Origin: a virus | Strand: one strand, 5' to 3' | IMG/VR virus record: IMGVR_UViG_3300032267_001142 | Coordinates: 96,001 to 160,000 of that record | DNA length: 64,000 nt | Part shown: positions 1 through 9,902 of the stretch, piece after piece | How positions within the stretch are numbered: the first letter of the stretch is position 1 | How the letters are laid out: each line of letters starts with the position of its first letter | The notes under the pieces: generated by a model | Told to the model about the DNA's origin: nothing | Seen by the model: the letters and a program-made list of their open reading frames with translations, nothing else | Databases searched by the model: none | Translations under genes and position numbers: made by a program

Positions 1-388
1 AGCCGCAGGAAACAAACTTTATGTCAAGGCCGGTCTTTTGAATCGTTTCAAGGATTTTTGAAGGCAACCCCAAGTTACAGTCGAGCATTGTTGCCGCGTC
101 CCCGTAGTTTGGGCGGCTTTTGCCAGCAAAATTTATAAAGCAAAAGGGGCGATAACGTAGCAATAACTCTGCTATCCTTGCAGAGAATTCAGAACTGTGA
201 GGTTTCGTTAGCGTTGAAACCCCAACGACTACGACTCGTCCCTTCCGACACTCTGGAGGAACCCATCCGTTTTTCAAATCTTTTGGCCTCATCAATAATA
301 CAACGGTGAGACCTTCTGACAGAAGCTTCTCCGTCATCAGAATCCCGTCTTGGCCAGCGCCACCAGTGATGAAGACTACATCGTTCAT
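1..388 (-). CDS. gmd: GDP-mannose 4,6-dehydratase-like NAD-dependent epimerase/dehydratase (runs off window start)
   Basis: Hand translation, not in the ORF track: MNDVVFITGGAGQDG...FINFAGKS...NLGLPSKILETIQKTGLDIKFVSCG; the TGxxGQDG Rossmann motif is typical of Gmd. Confidence 0.7.
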   Translation of the reverse strand, partial: MNDVVFITGGAGQDGILMTEKLLSEGLTVVLLMRPKDLKNGWVPPECRKGRVVVVGVSTLTKPHSSEFSARIAELLLRYRPFCFINFAGKSRPNYGDAATMLDCNLGLPSKILETIQKTGLDIKFVSCG

Positions 389-1143
389 TGCTCTTTGTGG
401 ACGGTTGGTAATGGTATGGCGTTCAGCAGAAAATAGTTAAAATCGAATTCGAGAGATTGGGTTTCTTCGTTCCATTGAAACGAACAGCGACCGAAGTGTT
501 TCTTCTGATATTCTACTTTGTCTTTCCCAACGCTATTAATCCAGCTTAGATGCTTTACATGGGCTATCGCTTTGGGGACTACCACAGTCGGAAGAGACTG
601 ATACGAAACCTTTTCGCCGAATCTATTCAAATAGTTGACGTCATTATCCCAATAGAACTCGTCAATATTATGGTTGACTACCTCGGTTTTGAAGATTCTC
701 GGAGGACAAAATCCGTCAATCCATTGCTTCTCATCAAAGACGCAGTTTTTGAAATTTATGGAAAGCCAAACCGCGAAAGGTTCGTTTTTCAAAAAGCTGA
801 TTATACCCTTTATCTGTTCTAGCGTATAAAGCTCGTCCGCGTCGACTAGCCAGACGTAATCTACGCCGATTTCTTTGAAATAATGCAACGGTATGTTCCT
901 CGCCTCGTGCTCTGACAGCGGCTTCGGAGAGTTTATTACTGTGGCCTTCGAGCTGGCTAGCATTTCTGAAACTTTTCTCAAAGTCGGGCCGTTATCTTTC
1001 TCGGGGAACCCCACAAACTGCGAGCTTATCACGCAGATTTCTTCGATTTCTTCAAGTTCGTCGCTTGCCTGCCGCCAAGCGGGCAAAGACCTCTCCAAGA
1101 AAGTTTCACAGTTATACGCGCAAAAAATGATACCAATTTTCAT
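385..1143 (-). CDS. GT-A fold (GT2-like) glycosyltransferase
   Basis: IIFCAYN N-terminus and WLVDADE DxD motif. Confidence 0.75.
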   Translation of the reverse strand: MKIGIIFCAYNCETFLERSLPAWRQASDELEEIEEICVISSQFVGFPEKDNGPTLRKVSEMLASSKATVINSPKPLSEHEARNIPLHYFKEIGVDYVWLVDADELYTLEQIKGIISFLKNEPFAVWLSINFKNCVFDEKQWIDGFCPPRIFKTEVVNHNIDEFYWDNDVNYLNRFGEKVSYQSLPTVVVPKAIAHVKHLSWINSVGKDKVEYQKKHFGRCSFQWNEETQSLEFDFNYFLLNAIPLPTVHKEQ

Positions 1144-1832
1144 CTGTTTGTATTATTTATGTCAAAGGCTGAGATTTCACCTGAATGTACGACGTAGTCT
1201 TTACCTACCGTAGCAACTCTATATCCCATATCATACATTCTGTCTCCAAAGCTATTTTCTGTGTCGTAGCTTCTGAAAGAATGAAAATTAGAACGAAAGA
1301 ACTCGAAATCTTGTAAAGATGGATTGAGAGAATAGCCGTGCCCGCGTCTGTGACCGATACGGTCGATGCCGCGCTCGCATATAAAATATTCCGTGCCATC
1401 GCTTAAGGTTCTCGGAGTATACATCTCCAACCGGCGCGACAGTACGGATTTTATTACGCCTTCGGATTCGTTAATAATTCTGAACGATTCGGCAAGGATA
1501 TTGCCTTTTCTGACGTATTCCCAATCGTCTTCTAGATGATAAATATATCGTGTCTTGACATTGTCCCAAATGCGATTAAGGCTAGCGGCCAACCCTTTCT
1601 CCGCGTCGTTTTTTGCTGTAAGAACCTCGATAGTCGCGAAATTTCCAAATAAAACATCAAGCTCGCGTTTCATAATCCGAACCTCTTCCTCGCTAGAGCT
1701 ATCGTCAGACAGGATGACGGAGCCAATACTCGTGACATCTAAACACGCTTGAGAGAACGCGCGCATCGTCTTAAGAAATAGCTCCAACCTCTTGCAAGAG
1801 GTTATCGTCAGGGTTACGTCGCCGCTAGTCAT
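1140..1832 (-). CDS. GT2-like glycosyltransferase
   Basis: LTITSCKR start, ILSDDSS and YHLEDDW motifs. Confidence 0.75.
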   Translation of the reverse strand: MTSGDVTLTITSCKRLELFLKTMRAFSQACLDVTSIGSVILSDDSSSEEEVRIMKRELDVLFGNFATIEVLTAKNDAEKGLAASLNRIWDNVKTRYIYHLEDDWEYVRKGNILAESFRIINESEGVIKSVLSRRLEMYTPRTLSDGTEYFICERGIDRIGHRRGHGYSLNPSLQDFEFFRSNFHSFRSYDTENSFGDRMYDMGYRVATVGKDYVVHSGEISAFDINNTNR

Positions 1833-2631
1833 TGCACTCTTCCCCGCGATGTAATACGTTATGAACGAACTTGCCTATACTCATTCCGTGTATGCGCTCA
1901 AAAGTTGCGTCGCCGTTATTATGCACAAAATTTTTGACCTTTGTAGTTTTGCAAATAAAGTGGTAAACTAAACTTCGACCAACCCCAACGAATTTTCTTA
2001 TTCCTACATCATAGAGCTTCTTTGCTAAGTCGGGGTCGCTACCGAAGCCTGGCGAGAATTCTGTAGAGTATCCTCCTACTTTTATCCAGTTATCCCTACT
2101 GACGATGCAAGGGGGCCAAGTCGAACCTTTCCTATTTGGAGATTGCTCTCTCAGGGCGGTCAGGTCTTTTATTAAGTCCGATTCTCTGAAAGTCTCGATG
2201 CTTTGACCATAATCTCTTGGAGCCAGACAACAAGGGTTATCACCCCGTGGCTCTATCATTGTAGAAGAAATAAACGCCTCGTTAGTGCCGATGTCTCTTG
2301 CACTAGCAAATAAAGCTAGCTCCACGTCCCAGCTTGGCAGGGCAAACATATCATCGTTAAAATAGATTGTTTGTTTTCTAGACGAAATCGAGAACGCGGC
2401 GTTCATAGATTCACAAACCCCGACGTTATTTTTGGTGTATGTGAACTTAAGACCTTCGGATTGAGCCCATTCTAAAGTCCCGTCAGTCCCCTCGTTAATG
2501 TGTAGCACAATTTCATGAGGGAATCGGCTATAATCTCTGATGCTCCTTACGCAAGCTTGAACGTATTTCAGGTTGTTCCAAGTAGGAATCAATACACTAA
2601 ACCCGTCCTGTATATCGTGATGCAAACTCAT
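1825..2631 (-). CDS. GT2 family glycosyltransferase
   Basis: FSVLIPTWNN, YFNDDM, GGYSTEF...SDPDL; start moved to ATG 2631 to avoid overlapping the upstream gene. Confidence 0.85.
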   Translation of the reverse strand: MSLHHDIQDGFSVLIPTWNNLKYVQACVRSIRDYSRFPHEIVLHINEGTDGTLEWAQSEGLKFTYTKNNVGVCESMNAAFSISSRKQTIYFNDDMFALPSWDVELALFASARDIGTNEAFISSTMIEPRGDNPCCLAPRDYGQSIETFRESDLIKDLTALREQSPNRKGSTWPPCIVSRDNWIKVGGYSTEFSPGFGSDPDLAKKLYDVGIRKFVGVGRSLVYHFICKTTKVKNFVHNNGDATFERIHGMSIGKFVHNVLHRGEECND

Positions 2632-2633
2632 AT

Positions 2634-3434
2634 CTAATCGCGGAGACTTAGGCGGTGGTTCACCGTCGTTTTCTTTGTCAACTCTTCCAGTTTTGTCGGC
2701 ACTGATACCTCTTCTCCACACTCAGTTTTCCAGTGGCTATTCCAAAATGACCTATTTAATTCAGCCCTTCTTTCTAGATTGACGTAGCCGGTGTGGACGA
2801 CGAAAGGCAAACGCTTCCTAGCGAGAATCTCTAGCCTCTCTTCCGTAGATAGAGACTGAATAATGTTCGGGAGCGTGTGAGCTAAATCCCCTTTGCCGTC
2901 TAGCAATTCGCAGCCGTCAGATTTGGTGATATCGTGCGTTCCGTCGGGCTTCTTCGCAAAATTTACTACCCCTCTATGATAGCCAGAGCGATGAATATAC
3001 CATTTCTGACCCACATCAGAAACATGATACTCGTCGCCATAAAGATTGACAACCGGAACGAAAGCCGCTGGGAAACCAAAAGTCAGCATTTTCTCGGCCA
3101 AAGTGTCCCAAAGTCCATTAGCTATTTGCCAATAGGGAATATACTCGTCAAGGTCTAGACCTATTTTGAATAGACTAGAGGTTCTTTGTAAGGCGGCGTC
3201 TTTTAGCATCCCATCCATTTCAGGATGCGTATAAGGAATGTTTTCGCTTACGATTTTGAGCTTGCCACCGCAATACAGACGACCACACTCCTCTACCCTT
3301 GCTAAGGTGTCGTCTTCGCTTTTATTGACGGCAATAACTACTTCATCTGCTATCCGCGCAAACCGGCGAAGAGCCTGTCCGAAATTGAAACCGCCCTTGA
3401 TGAGGTTGAAGCCTGATGTATAAATCGAGAACAT
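2634..3434 (-). CDS. GT2-like glycosyltransferase
   Basis: VNKSEDDT and LDLDEYI DxD motif; lies in the glycosylation cluster. Confidence 0.65.
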   Translation of the reverse strand: MFSIYTSGFNLIKGGFNFGQALRRFARIADEVVIAVNKSEDDTLARVEECGRLYCGGKLKIVSENIPYTHPEMDGMLKDAALQRTSSLFKIGLDLDEYIPYWQIANGLWDTLAEKMLTFGFPAAFVPVVNLYGDEYHVSDVGQKWYIHRSGYHRGVVNFAKKPDGTHDITKSDGCELLDGKGDLAHTLPNIIQSLSTEERLEILARKRLPFVVHTGYVNLERRAELNRSFWNSHWKTECGEEVSVPTKLEELTKKTTVNHRLSLRD

Positions 3435-3443
3435 GAAATAGTC

Positions 3444-3472
3444 ATACTACCTTTCTATGACCGAGCAGTCAA
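3444..3472 (-). promoter_or_regulatory. sigma70-type promoter
   Basis: TTGACT-17-TAGTAT, 9 nt before ATG 3434. Confidence 0.6.
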
Positions 3473-3481
3473 GAAAAGATT

Positions 3482-5635
3482 TTAAGCTTCACATGATTTA
3501 CAGGCCAAAATGCTTCTTCCTAGCTCTTGGGCGGGAGACGTGCTTCTCTGATAATACAAAGTTTTTACTCCTAATTTCCAAGCCTCAATCAGCAACGCGT
3601 TGACTTCTTTTACTGAAGCTTTTGGATGAATCATTAGATTGATTGACTGAGACTGGTCAATATATTTTTGGCGTTGAGCGGCTTGAATGATGATTTCTTT
3701 TTGGCTAATCTCTCCGAAGGTTTTGAAGACATCCCTCTCGTTGTCAGTCAAGAAATCGAGATGCTGCACTGAGCCGTCGTGAATGAGGATGTTTTGCCAT
3801 ACTTCCTGAGTATCCTTGCTGTGCTTTTTAAGCACTTCTTTCAAATATGGGTTTTTGTATGTGAATTTGCCTTTGGCCAAGTCTTTGACGAAGTAGTTAG
3901 AGTTAAGCGGTTCGATTGATGGGGAGACCTGCCCCAGAATGAACGAGGATGACGTTGTAGGGGCTATCGCCATCGTCGTGACGTTACGCAGCCCATAACC
4001 CTTCAAAAGCGGTGGCTCGCCAAATAGAACGGCCCTAACTTTATTAGCTTCGTGGTTTCTTTCGGCCAAGAACTTGCTGATTTTCACGTTCCACATTTTT
4101 GCGTCGAATGACTCAAAAGCAATGCTTTTTGATTGAAGGAACGAGTGCCAGCCTAATGTTCCCATTCCTAGGGCGCGTTGATTGACGGCAAAGCGGTATG
4201 CAGCTTCCATGAAGCGGATGCCTTTAACTTTGTCGATGTATTCCGACATGACCGCGTCCAAAAAGAGCGCGAAGACTTCTACCGCATCCGTCTGCATCCA
4301 TTCTTCTGCATGCAATAGGTTCATTGAACCTAAATCGCAAACAAAAGACTCGTCCCTATCTGAAGCTAGGGCTATCTCAGAACAGTTATGAACTAGGATG
4401 TTGTTCGCGAAGAAATTTTCAGTCTTTTCTACTGTGATATCGTAAACGGCTTCGACGTGAGTGTATCTTTTAATTTTTAGCGTATTAATGAACCGCTCAG
4501 ATAGTCCCGAAGCATTACCGTTAGCACTTTGTCTAAGAATATCGTCTTCTTTTAAGTCCTGCGCTTCAACGTATCCTCGGTTTTGTGTGTAGATTTTATG
4601 TTCAGGCGTGCATTTTATGACGTTGCCTTGCTCGTCCTCAATTTCAATAATTTCCGTCGACTCTCCCGTTTGCGAGAAGAGCTTAACCGAAGAATAAACG
4701 TCCTTGCCGGTTTCGATGTCAAAGGATTTTACTTCTACTGGTTTATCCATGTAAAAATCCAAATCCTTCATTCGGACAGTTAGTTCTTCACCTTCTACAC
4801 GAATTTGGACTAATGTATCGCCGGTCAGACACAGGTTGGAGGCGTGAATCTTCATTCCTTTATCTTTGTAGACTTGCGGGGCGTTGTTGTTCACCGTGTC
4901 CGAGAACATGATGTAAGGATAGCCAGACTCAAATCTCTTCTTGATGATTTTCGCCCAAAGCTCGCGCTTGTCTTTGTCGCCTGAAATCATGGACTCCATC
5001 CACGCATCGGAAACCGTGACGCCGATGCTCATATGTTGGATAGCGTGACCCTCGTTGCGAATCTGTAGAAACTCGGCAATATCTGGGTGTTCGACGGGAA
5101 GATACGCCGCAAAGTTGCCACGACGAACTCCAGACTGCGATACGACTTCAGTAATTACGTCATATATCTCCATGAAATGAACGGGACCGCTAGAGCGTCC
5201 ACCACCAGAAACTTTAGCGCCGCGCTCACGCAATGCCCCGAAATATCCAGAAGTGCCGCTGCCGTGCTTCGACATCATTCCTATCTCGGAGGCTTTATAG
5301 AGAATCTCCCCCATATCATCTCCGATATAAGAGCCATTACAACTAATCGGAAGTCCTCTTTTGAGGCCGAAGTTCGCCCACACCGGAGAGGCTAAAGAGT
5401 AGTAACCTTTCTTCATGTATCCGACGAACTTCTCCGCGAAGCCTTTTAGCGCTTCGTAGTCGGTGTCGCCGCTTTCGACTTTTCCATTACGGAAGTCTTC
5501 ATAGTCTTTCAGTAGAATCGCTTGGGCAGCGTCAGCTATCTCCTGAATGCGGACTTCTGGAGACTGTCCATTTTGCAAATATCCGCGCTCAAGAAATGTG
5601 CGGGATTTTTCGTTAAGCCAATAAAAATCTTTCAT
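3482..5635 (-). CDS. nrdA: Class Ia ribonucleotide reductase alpha subunit, intein-containing
   Basis: GLPISC, RRGNFAAY, SNL/CSEI, AIAPTTSSS, C-terminal CKSCEA; adjacent to nrdB. Confidence 0.95.
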   Translation of the reverse strand: MKDFYWLNEKSRTFLERGYLQNGQSPEVRIQEIADAAQAILLKDYEDFRNGKVESGDTDYEALKGFAEKFVGYMKKGYYSLASPVWANFGLKRGLPISCNGSYIGDDMGEILYKASEIGMMSKHGSGTSGYFGALRERGAKVSGGGRSSGPVHFMEIYDVITEVVSQSGVRRGNFAAYLPVEHPDIAEFLQIRNEGHAIQHMSIGVTVSDAWMESMISGDKDKRELWAKIIKKRFESGYPYIMFSDTVNNNAPQVYKDKGMKIHASNLCLTGDTLVQIRVEGEELTVRMKDLDFYMDKPVEVKSFDIETGKDVYSSVKLFSQTGESTEIIEIEDEQGNVIKCTPEHKIYTQNRGYVEAQDLKEDDILRQSANGNASGLSERFINTLKIKRYTHVEAVYDITVEKTENFFANNILVHNCSEIALASDRDESFVCDLGSMNLLHAEEWMQTDAVEVFALFLDAVMSEYIDKVKGIRFMEAAYRFAVNQRALGMGTLGWHSFLQSKSIAFESFDAKMWNVKISKFLAERNHEANKVRAVLFGEPPLLKGYGLRNVTTMAIAPTTSSSFILGQVSPSIEPLNSNYFVKDLAKGKFTYKNPYLKEVLKKHSKDTQEVWQNILIHDGSVQHLDFLTDNERDVFKTFGEISQKEIIIQAAQRQKYIDQSQSINLMIHPKASVKEVNALLIEAWKLGVKTLYYQRSTSPAQELGRSILACKSCEA
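4385..4831 (-). mobile_element. Mini-intein (149 aa, no endonuclease domain) in NrdA
   Basis: Starts CLTGDT, block B CTPEHKIY, block F VYDITVEKTENFFANNILVHN, followed by Cys; removal restores the SNLCSEI active-site motif. Confidence 0.93.
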
Positions 5636-5641
5636 ATAAGT

Positions 5642-6613
5642 TTAGAACAAATCGTCTGCCGTAAATGCTTTTGCTTTTTTAGCATAATCCACGGGGCGCT
5701 TGAAAAAGAAGTCGGTCGCGTTATTGCCGAGCACCTCTTCGTCCATCCATTCAAAATCACGAGCAAGCTCAGGGTTGATTTCGTAAATCTTGGAGTAGCC
5801 AATCTGCTGAAGCGAATCGTTGATTCGCGACTTGACATACTCTTTCAGCACGTCGGGATTCATTCGGGGTCCGACGTAATCTCCAATCATCCAATCAATT
5901 ATCTTCGATTCGGCTTTGAAAGCGTCCGCCGCCTCGGCCTTGATTCGCTCTTCCAGCTCCGCGTCGAATAGCTCAGGATACTCTTCTCGAAGCACGTTGA
6001 CCAGCTTGATACCGACCTGAGCGTGAATAAGCTCCTCGTTTTTTGTATAAAGGACTTGTTGGTTTGTATCTTTAAGAAGATTTTTGAATCTTCCGAACCA
6101 CAAAACCGTATAAAACTGGCTGAACAGAGACACATTCTCGATAAAGAGCGTGAACAAAATCAACGCATAGATGTAATTCTTCTTCGAGTTATCGTAAAAC
6201 CGGTGTGTGTATTTGCGTAGATAGTTTACGCGGCCAGATATGACGGCTTCTTTTAGATTTTCCTCGAAAATATCTTCTAGCTCAAGCTCCTTCAGAAGCC
6301 TTTCGTAAGCGTTATTATGAATGACTTCTACGTTAGCCATAACGTAGCCCAAGTCGGTGATGGACGGGTGCGGAAGATTGTCTCCAAGTTTCGCCCAAAA
6401 CTTTTTCACCGCGACCTCGATTTGCCCAATCGCAGAAAGCGTCCTAACTATCACCTGCTTTTCAAGTGGAGTAAGGGCGGTCTTAAAGTCTTGCTTGTCG
6501 CTCTGAAAATTGAACTCTTTATCGGTCCAAAAGCCGTTATGCATCGCCTCAATAAACTGCTCTGTCCAAGGGTAGAGATTCGGCTTGCGAGATACCTGTT
6601 CTTCAAATAGCAT
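5642..6613 (-). CDS. nrdB: Ribonucleotide reductase beta subunit
   Basis: FWTDKEF, EVIHNNAY, ENVSLFSQF, NEELIH di-iron ligands. Confidence 0.95.
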   Translation of the reverse strand: MLFEEQVSRKPNLYPWTEQFIEAMHNGFWTDKEFNFQSDKQDFKTALTPLEKQVIVRTLSAIGQIEVAVKKFWAKLGDNLPHPSITDLGYVMANVEVIHNNAYERLLKELELEDIFEENLKEAVISGRVNYLRKYTHRFYDNSKKNYIYALILFTLFIENVSLFSQFYTVLWFGRFKNLLKDTNQQVLYTKNEELIHAQVGIKLVNVLREEYPELFDAELEERIKAEAADAFKAESKIIDWMIGDYVGPRMNPDVLKEYVKSRINDSLQQIGYSKIYEINPELARDFEWMDEEVLGNNATDFFFKRPVDYAKKAKAFTADDLF

Positions 6614-6621
6614 ATCGAGAA

Positions 6622-7200
6622 TTAGGCTGAAGCTCCCTCTTTTTGAGAGAGGATAATCGGAGCAATATTCGCTTCGCTATATGAAGGAGACTTCATAATC
6701 TTTCCGTCGAGCCTTTTCACCAAAAACTTATCCGGCCCTACTTCGGTAATGACGCAGCTCGGGCTACCGGAAAGGACGGGTAGCCGTGTTTCGACGTCTT
6801 TGCCACTCCATAGTTTCGACATATTGGAGCGATGTATTTCGTCCTGAATAGGTTCGAGGTCAATCCCTGCGGCTACCGCAGTCCCAAATTCGGCCACATA
6901 AGCCAAATCTCCCAAACCGTCCGCCAGTTGCACCAAATCTGGCTCTTTCTCTTTTTTGAAATCAAAGGTTAGGCAATTCAGGGAGCCTTCCTTTACCGTG
7001 AAGTCTGAAGAGTGGTTTTCATAGCTATCGACCAACCTGACGCTTAATCCTAACCCCTTTGTGATAGTTTCAAAAGCCTCTTCAAGAATAAGAGCAGCTC
7101 TCAGCTTGGCTGTTTTTTCGTCTAATTGAATGGGACTTTTCGGAACCTCTTGTCCGAATTTAGTCATGAATTCCGCTACCTGTGTCTGTCCTTTTGTCAT
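6622..7200 (-). CDS. MazG-like / all-alpha NTP pyrophosphohydrolase (PRA-PH-like)
   Basis: LILEEAFE, DGLGDLAYV, IHRSNMSK, DGKIMKS motifs. Confidence 0.8.
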   Translation of the reverse strand: MTKGQTQVAEFMTKFGQEVPKSPIQLDEKTAKLRAALILEEAFETITKGLGLSVRLVDSYENHSSDFTVKEGSLNCLTFDFKKEKEPDLVQLADGLGDLAYVAEFGTAVAAGIDLEPIQDEIHRSNMSKLWSGKDVETRLPVLSGSPSCVITEVGPDKFLVKRLDGKIMKSPSYSEANIAPIILSQKEGASA

Positions 7201-7296
7201 ATGCCTTCTATATTACAGCCTATAGAACGGCAAGTCCAGAAAAATCAGGAGGCTGGTCTTTTTTTATAGCGACTCGTCGCTATTTCGTGTAGGAGG

Positions 7297-7458
7297 CTAC
7301 GCTGACGCCTGCGTCAGCAATTCAATAGCTTTCAGGTAAGACTGCGCGTTAGCGCGCTCAAGCTCGGCCTGCTCGATATTCCCTCTGGATTCATTGATTG
7401 GGGCGTTGTTGAGCATCGTTTCTAGGTTGATTTGTAGTAGTGTGATGGCTTCGTTCAT
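7297..7458 (-). CDS. Small hypothetical protein (53 aa)
   Basis: Hand-translated MNEAITLLQINLE...ELLTQASA*; fills the operon gap. Confidence 0.55.
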   Translation of the reverse strand: MNEAITLLQINLETMLNNAPINESRGNIEQAELERANAQSYLKAIELLTQASA

Positions 7459-7471
7459 ATTCGGTTGTATG

Positions 7472-7852
7472 TTACAAGGTGGCCGAAGCTGATTCGGCTC
7501 GCTTTTTGAGTTCTAGAAAGCTCGGCTTGCCTTTTCTTTTTTCGCGGGCTTTCTTAAAATAGCTTTCTTGAACTGGGTCGACTCCATCCCTTTTCTCGGC
7601 TCTTTTCCTAGACATTTCTGCCGAGCGGTCCCAAAGGTCTCCGATACTTCCTTTGTCTTTGCCGGTTTTATCGACAAACGCGTTCGCGTTAAATGGGTCG
7701 ATGGCCGCATCTACTGAGGCTTGCGGCACGAACCATACTCTGTCCCATTCTACACCGTTTTTATCTACAAAGCGGTGCTCATCATTCATACCTAAATGAA
7801 TGTCAACAGTCTTTTTTTCGTTTTTTGGATGCGAAAAGCGATAGATTGGCAT
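7472..7852 (-). CDS. Hypothetical protein (MPxY start, FmdB-like N-terminus without Zn Cys)
   Basis: ORF in operon. Confidence 0.6.
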   Translation of the reverse strand: MPIYRFSHPKNEKKTVDIHLGMNDEHRFVDKNGVEWDRVWFVPQASVDAAIDPFNANAFVDKTGKDKGSIGDLWDRSAEMSRKRAEKRDGVDPVQESYFKKAREKRKGKPSFLELKKRAESASATL

Positions 7853-7853
7853 A

Positions 7854-8945
7854 TTAGTTGGCGATGATGCTGGTCAGAGAGTCCGCTGTCTTTTCCCAAG
7901 AAAACTCGCTCTGGAGCTTTTTACCAGCAGCGTTTTCCTTATTGTTCAGCTTTCTTGCTAGGGCTTTTTCACAAGCTTCGATGAATGCCTCTTCTTCCCA
8001 GTCAAAGATGTTGCCTTGGTTGAAAGGCGCTCCTTGCTGAAAAAACACACCGTCGTACGCAGGAATCTTCTTGCTCGGCTGTACAAGAACGGCGTTTTCG
8101 TCATTTGCCCAGTCCTTCATTGCGGTGCAATTATGAATGACACCGTGCTTTCCTAGGGCAAGACAGTGAAAAGACGGAAGAGAGAATCCCTCTGCGCCAG
8201 ACATATCAATAACGATGTCCGTTGCGTTGTAAGCCTCGTTAAGTTCTCCCAGAGTCCTTGAAAAAGGAAGAACATTCACATTGAACGGCTTAGCGCCGCC
8301 AAATAAATCGGCATAAATCATCTGATGGTTCTCTGCCGAGAAATGAGGGTTCGCAACGTGGGTATGTAGGATTACATCTCTACGGTTTTTGTATTTCTTA
8401 ATCCAAGCCTTGATTGCTTTCGCGTGACGCTTTCGATACTCGAATTTTCCAAATATAGAGAACACCGTTACCTCTTTTGGATAGTAGTCTTTTCCAGTCT
8501 CGAAAAAATGTTTATTGTCGAAGCCTAGAGGAACGTAATTGATGTTTTTCAGACCAAATTCCTCGAATTTAGACTTAGCCGAGCGCGAGGTTACTACAAC
8601 ATTATCGTATGACGATAAGATAGCCAGCTCTTGCTGTGTCGGGGAGTCCAACTCGTAAAACGTAATCAGGTTTGAGTGCTTGCTGATTCGAGCTTCGCTT
8701 CCCGCGATATGCCAGAGACGCAACTCCGGTATATCTCGGTCTATTTTTGATGCTCCTCTCGCTATTCCGTCAGATAGCTTCTGGCGAAAATCCCCAGTTA
8801 GCTTATTGTAAGCAGACAAATCGGCTTGACCGCCAATAGGGTAGACGGACAACAGATTGTCGCGCTCCATTAGGACTCTGGCGATGTTATACGCGCAGAA
8901 CCCGAAGCTTACGGTATTGAATGGGGCTGAGAAGTTGAGCTTCAT
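7854..8945 (-). CDS. GT-B fold (GT4-like) glycosyltransferase
   Basis: GKFEYRKRH, SGAEGFSLPSFHCLALG, FSWEKTA motifs. Confidence 0.85.
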   Translation of the reverse strand: MKLNFSAPFNTVSFGFCAYNIARVLMERDNLLSVYPIGGQADLSAYNKLTGDFRQKLSDGIARGASKIDRDIPELRLWHIAGSEARISKHSNLITFYELDSPTQQELAILSSYDNVVVTSRSAKSKFEEFGLKNINYVPLGFDNKHFFETGKDYYPKEVTVFSIFGKFEYRKRHAKAIKAWIKKYKNRRDVILHTHVANPHFSAENHQMIYADLFGGAKPFNVNVLPFSRTLGELNEAYNATDIVIDMSGAEGFSLPSFHCLALGKHGVIHNCTAMKDWANDENAVLVQPSKKIPAYDGVFFQQGAPFNQGNIFDWEEEAFIEACEKALARKLNNKENAAGKKLQSEFSWEKTADSLTSIIAN

Positions 8946-8950
8946 TCTTC

Positions 8951-9292
8951 TTAGAAGCCTGTGTCAAAGGGGTCTTCCTCAGAAGTGACGGGAGCTTTTG
9001 AACGCGGCTGAGCGGGTTTCTTTGCTGCCGCTTTCGGAGCCTGAGTTCTTGGTCTTTCCGAAGACTCCTGCTTAGGCTTGTAAGTATTCAGAATTCCATA
9101 ATGGGTCTTATCTTCTGTAGGCTCCCTGCGCTCAAGGATGTCTACGCGGACGTATCCCCTCTCGTCCTTATGCTCGTTGAGAAATTCAATGAATTTATCG
9201 ACGCTGATTGCGAGCTTGCCGATTTTTCCATAAGAGTTTTCCTTTTCAGTATAGAAAAGGCCATCTGCGAATACGCGGTCTGATTGTGACAT
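8951..9292 (-). CDS. Hypothetical protein, possible ssDNA-binding protein
   Basis: Small beta domain, Pro/Ala/Lys linker and acidic-aromatic tail EEDPFDTGF. Confidence 0.45.
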   Translation of the reverse strand: MSQSDRVFADGLFYTEKENSYGKIGKLAISVDKFIEFLNEHKDERGYVRVDILERREPTEDKTHYGILNTYKPKQESSERPRTQAPKAAAKKPAQPRSKAPVTSEEDPFDTGF

Positions 9293-9314
9293 AGCTTATG
9301 TTTATCTTTTTTTG

Positions 9315-9902
9315 TTAGGATTGCAAGCCTTTTTTCACTTTATCTTTGAGGACTTCCAAAGCTTTGTTATGAACAATTACCGTCCCCCATATGGAAAGGC
9401 CGACGTTTTTTGCTATTTTCTCGAAGGTCATCGGCTTCTTTCCGCCAGAGAGATATCTCAGCTTGAGAACTTTATTAGCTCGCCTAGTTAAGCGGTTATC
9501 ACTTTCAGCCGAAAGCTCTTTTTTCACAATAGCTAGAGCTTCTTCGTGAGCTTCTTCGCTTCTTTCTAATGGGACGCCTCCCAAGAAATCGTCGTCAACG
9601 TGAACTAAATTATGAGTTCTAGACTCGAATTTCTTGAAGGAGGTCATTCTCGCAAATTTAGTCTGCGCAAACAACCAAGTTGAAAACTTAACCTTCCTAT
9701 CGGGCCTGAACGAATCGCAAGATTTCCAAATAATAAGATAGAAGTCTTCGTCTAGTATATCTCGCTGAAGTTCGTCAGGGAGCTTCCTTCTCTCTGAGCG
9801 GAATATGGCTAAATGCCTAGTATAAAGCTCTTTAATAGCGCTGTTATCGCCTTCAAGTCTGACCTTTTCGGCCAGTTCCTCATCAGAAACAGTGCTATTC
9901 AT
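9315..9902 (-). CDS. sigma70-family RNA polymerase sigma factor
   Basis: SDEEL...AIKELY, FRPDRKVKFSTW region 2, LKLRY...TFEKIA region 4 HTH. Confidence 0.85.
   Translation of the reverse strand: MNSTVSDEELAEKVRLEGDNSAIKELYTRHLAIFRSERRKLPDELQRDILDEDFYLIIWKSCDSFRPDRKVKFSTWLFAQTKFARMTSFKKFESRTHNLVHVDDDFLGGVPLERSEEAHEEALAIVKKELSAESDNRLTRRANKVLKLRYLSGGKKPMTFEKIAKNVGLSIWGTVIVHNKALEVLKDKVKKGLQS

Noticed and set aside
7300-7318. Palindrome GCTGACGCCTGCGTCAGC as a terminator or operator
   Set aside because: It lies within the 3' end of a small ORF with no adjacent U-tract; no further support
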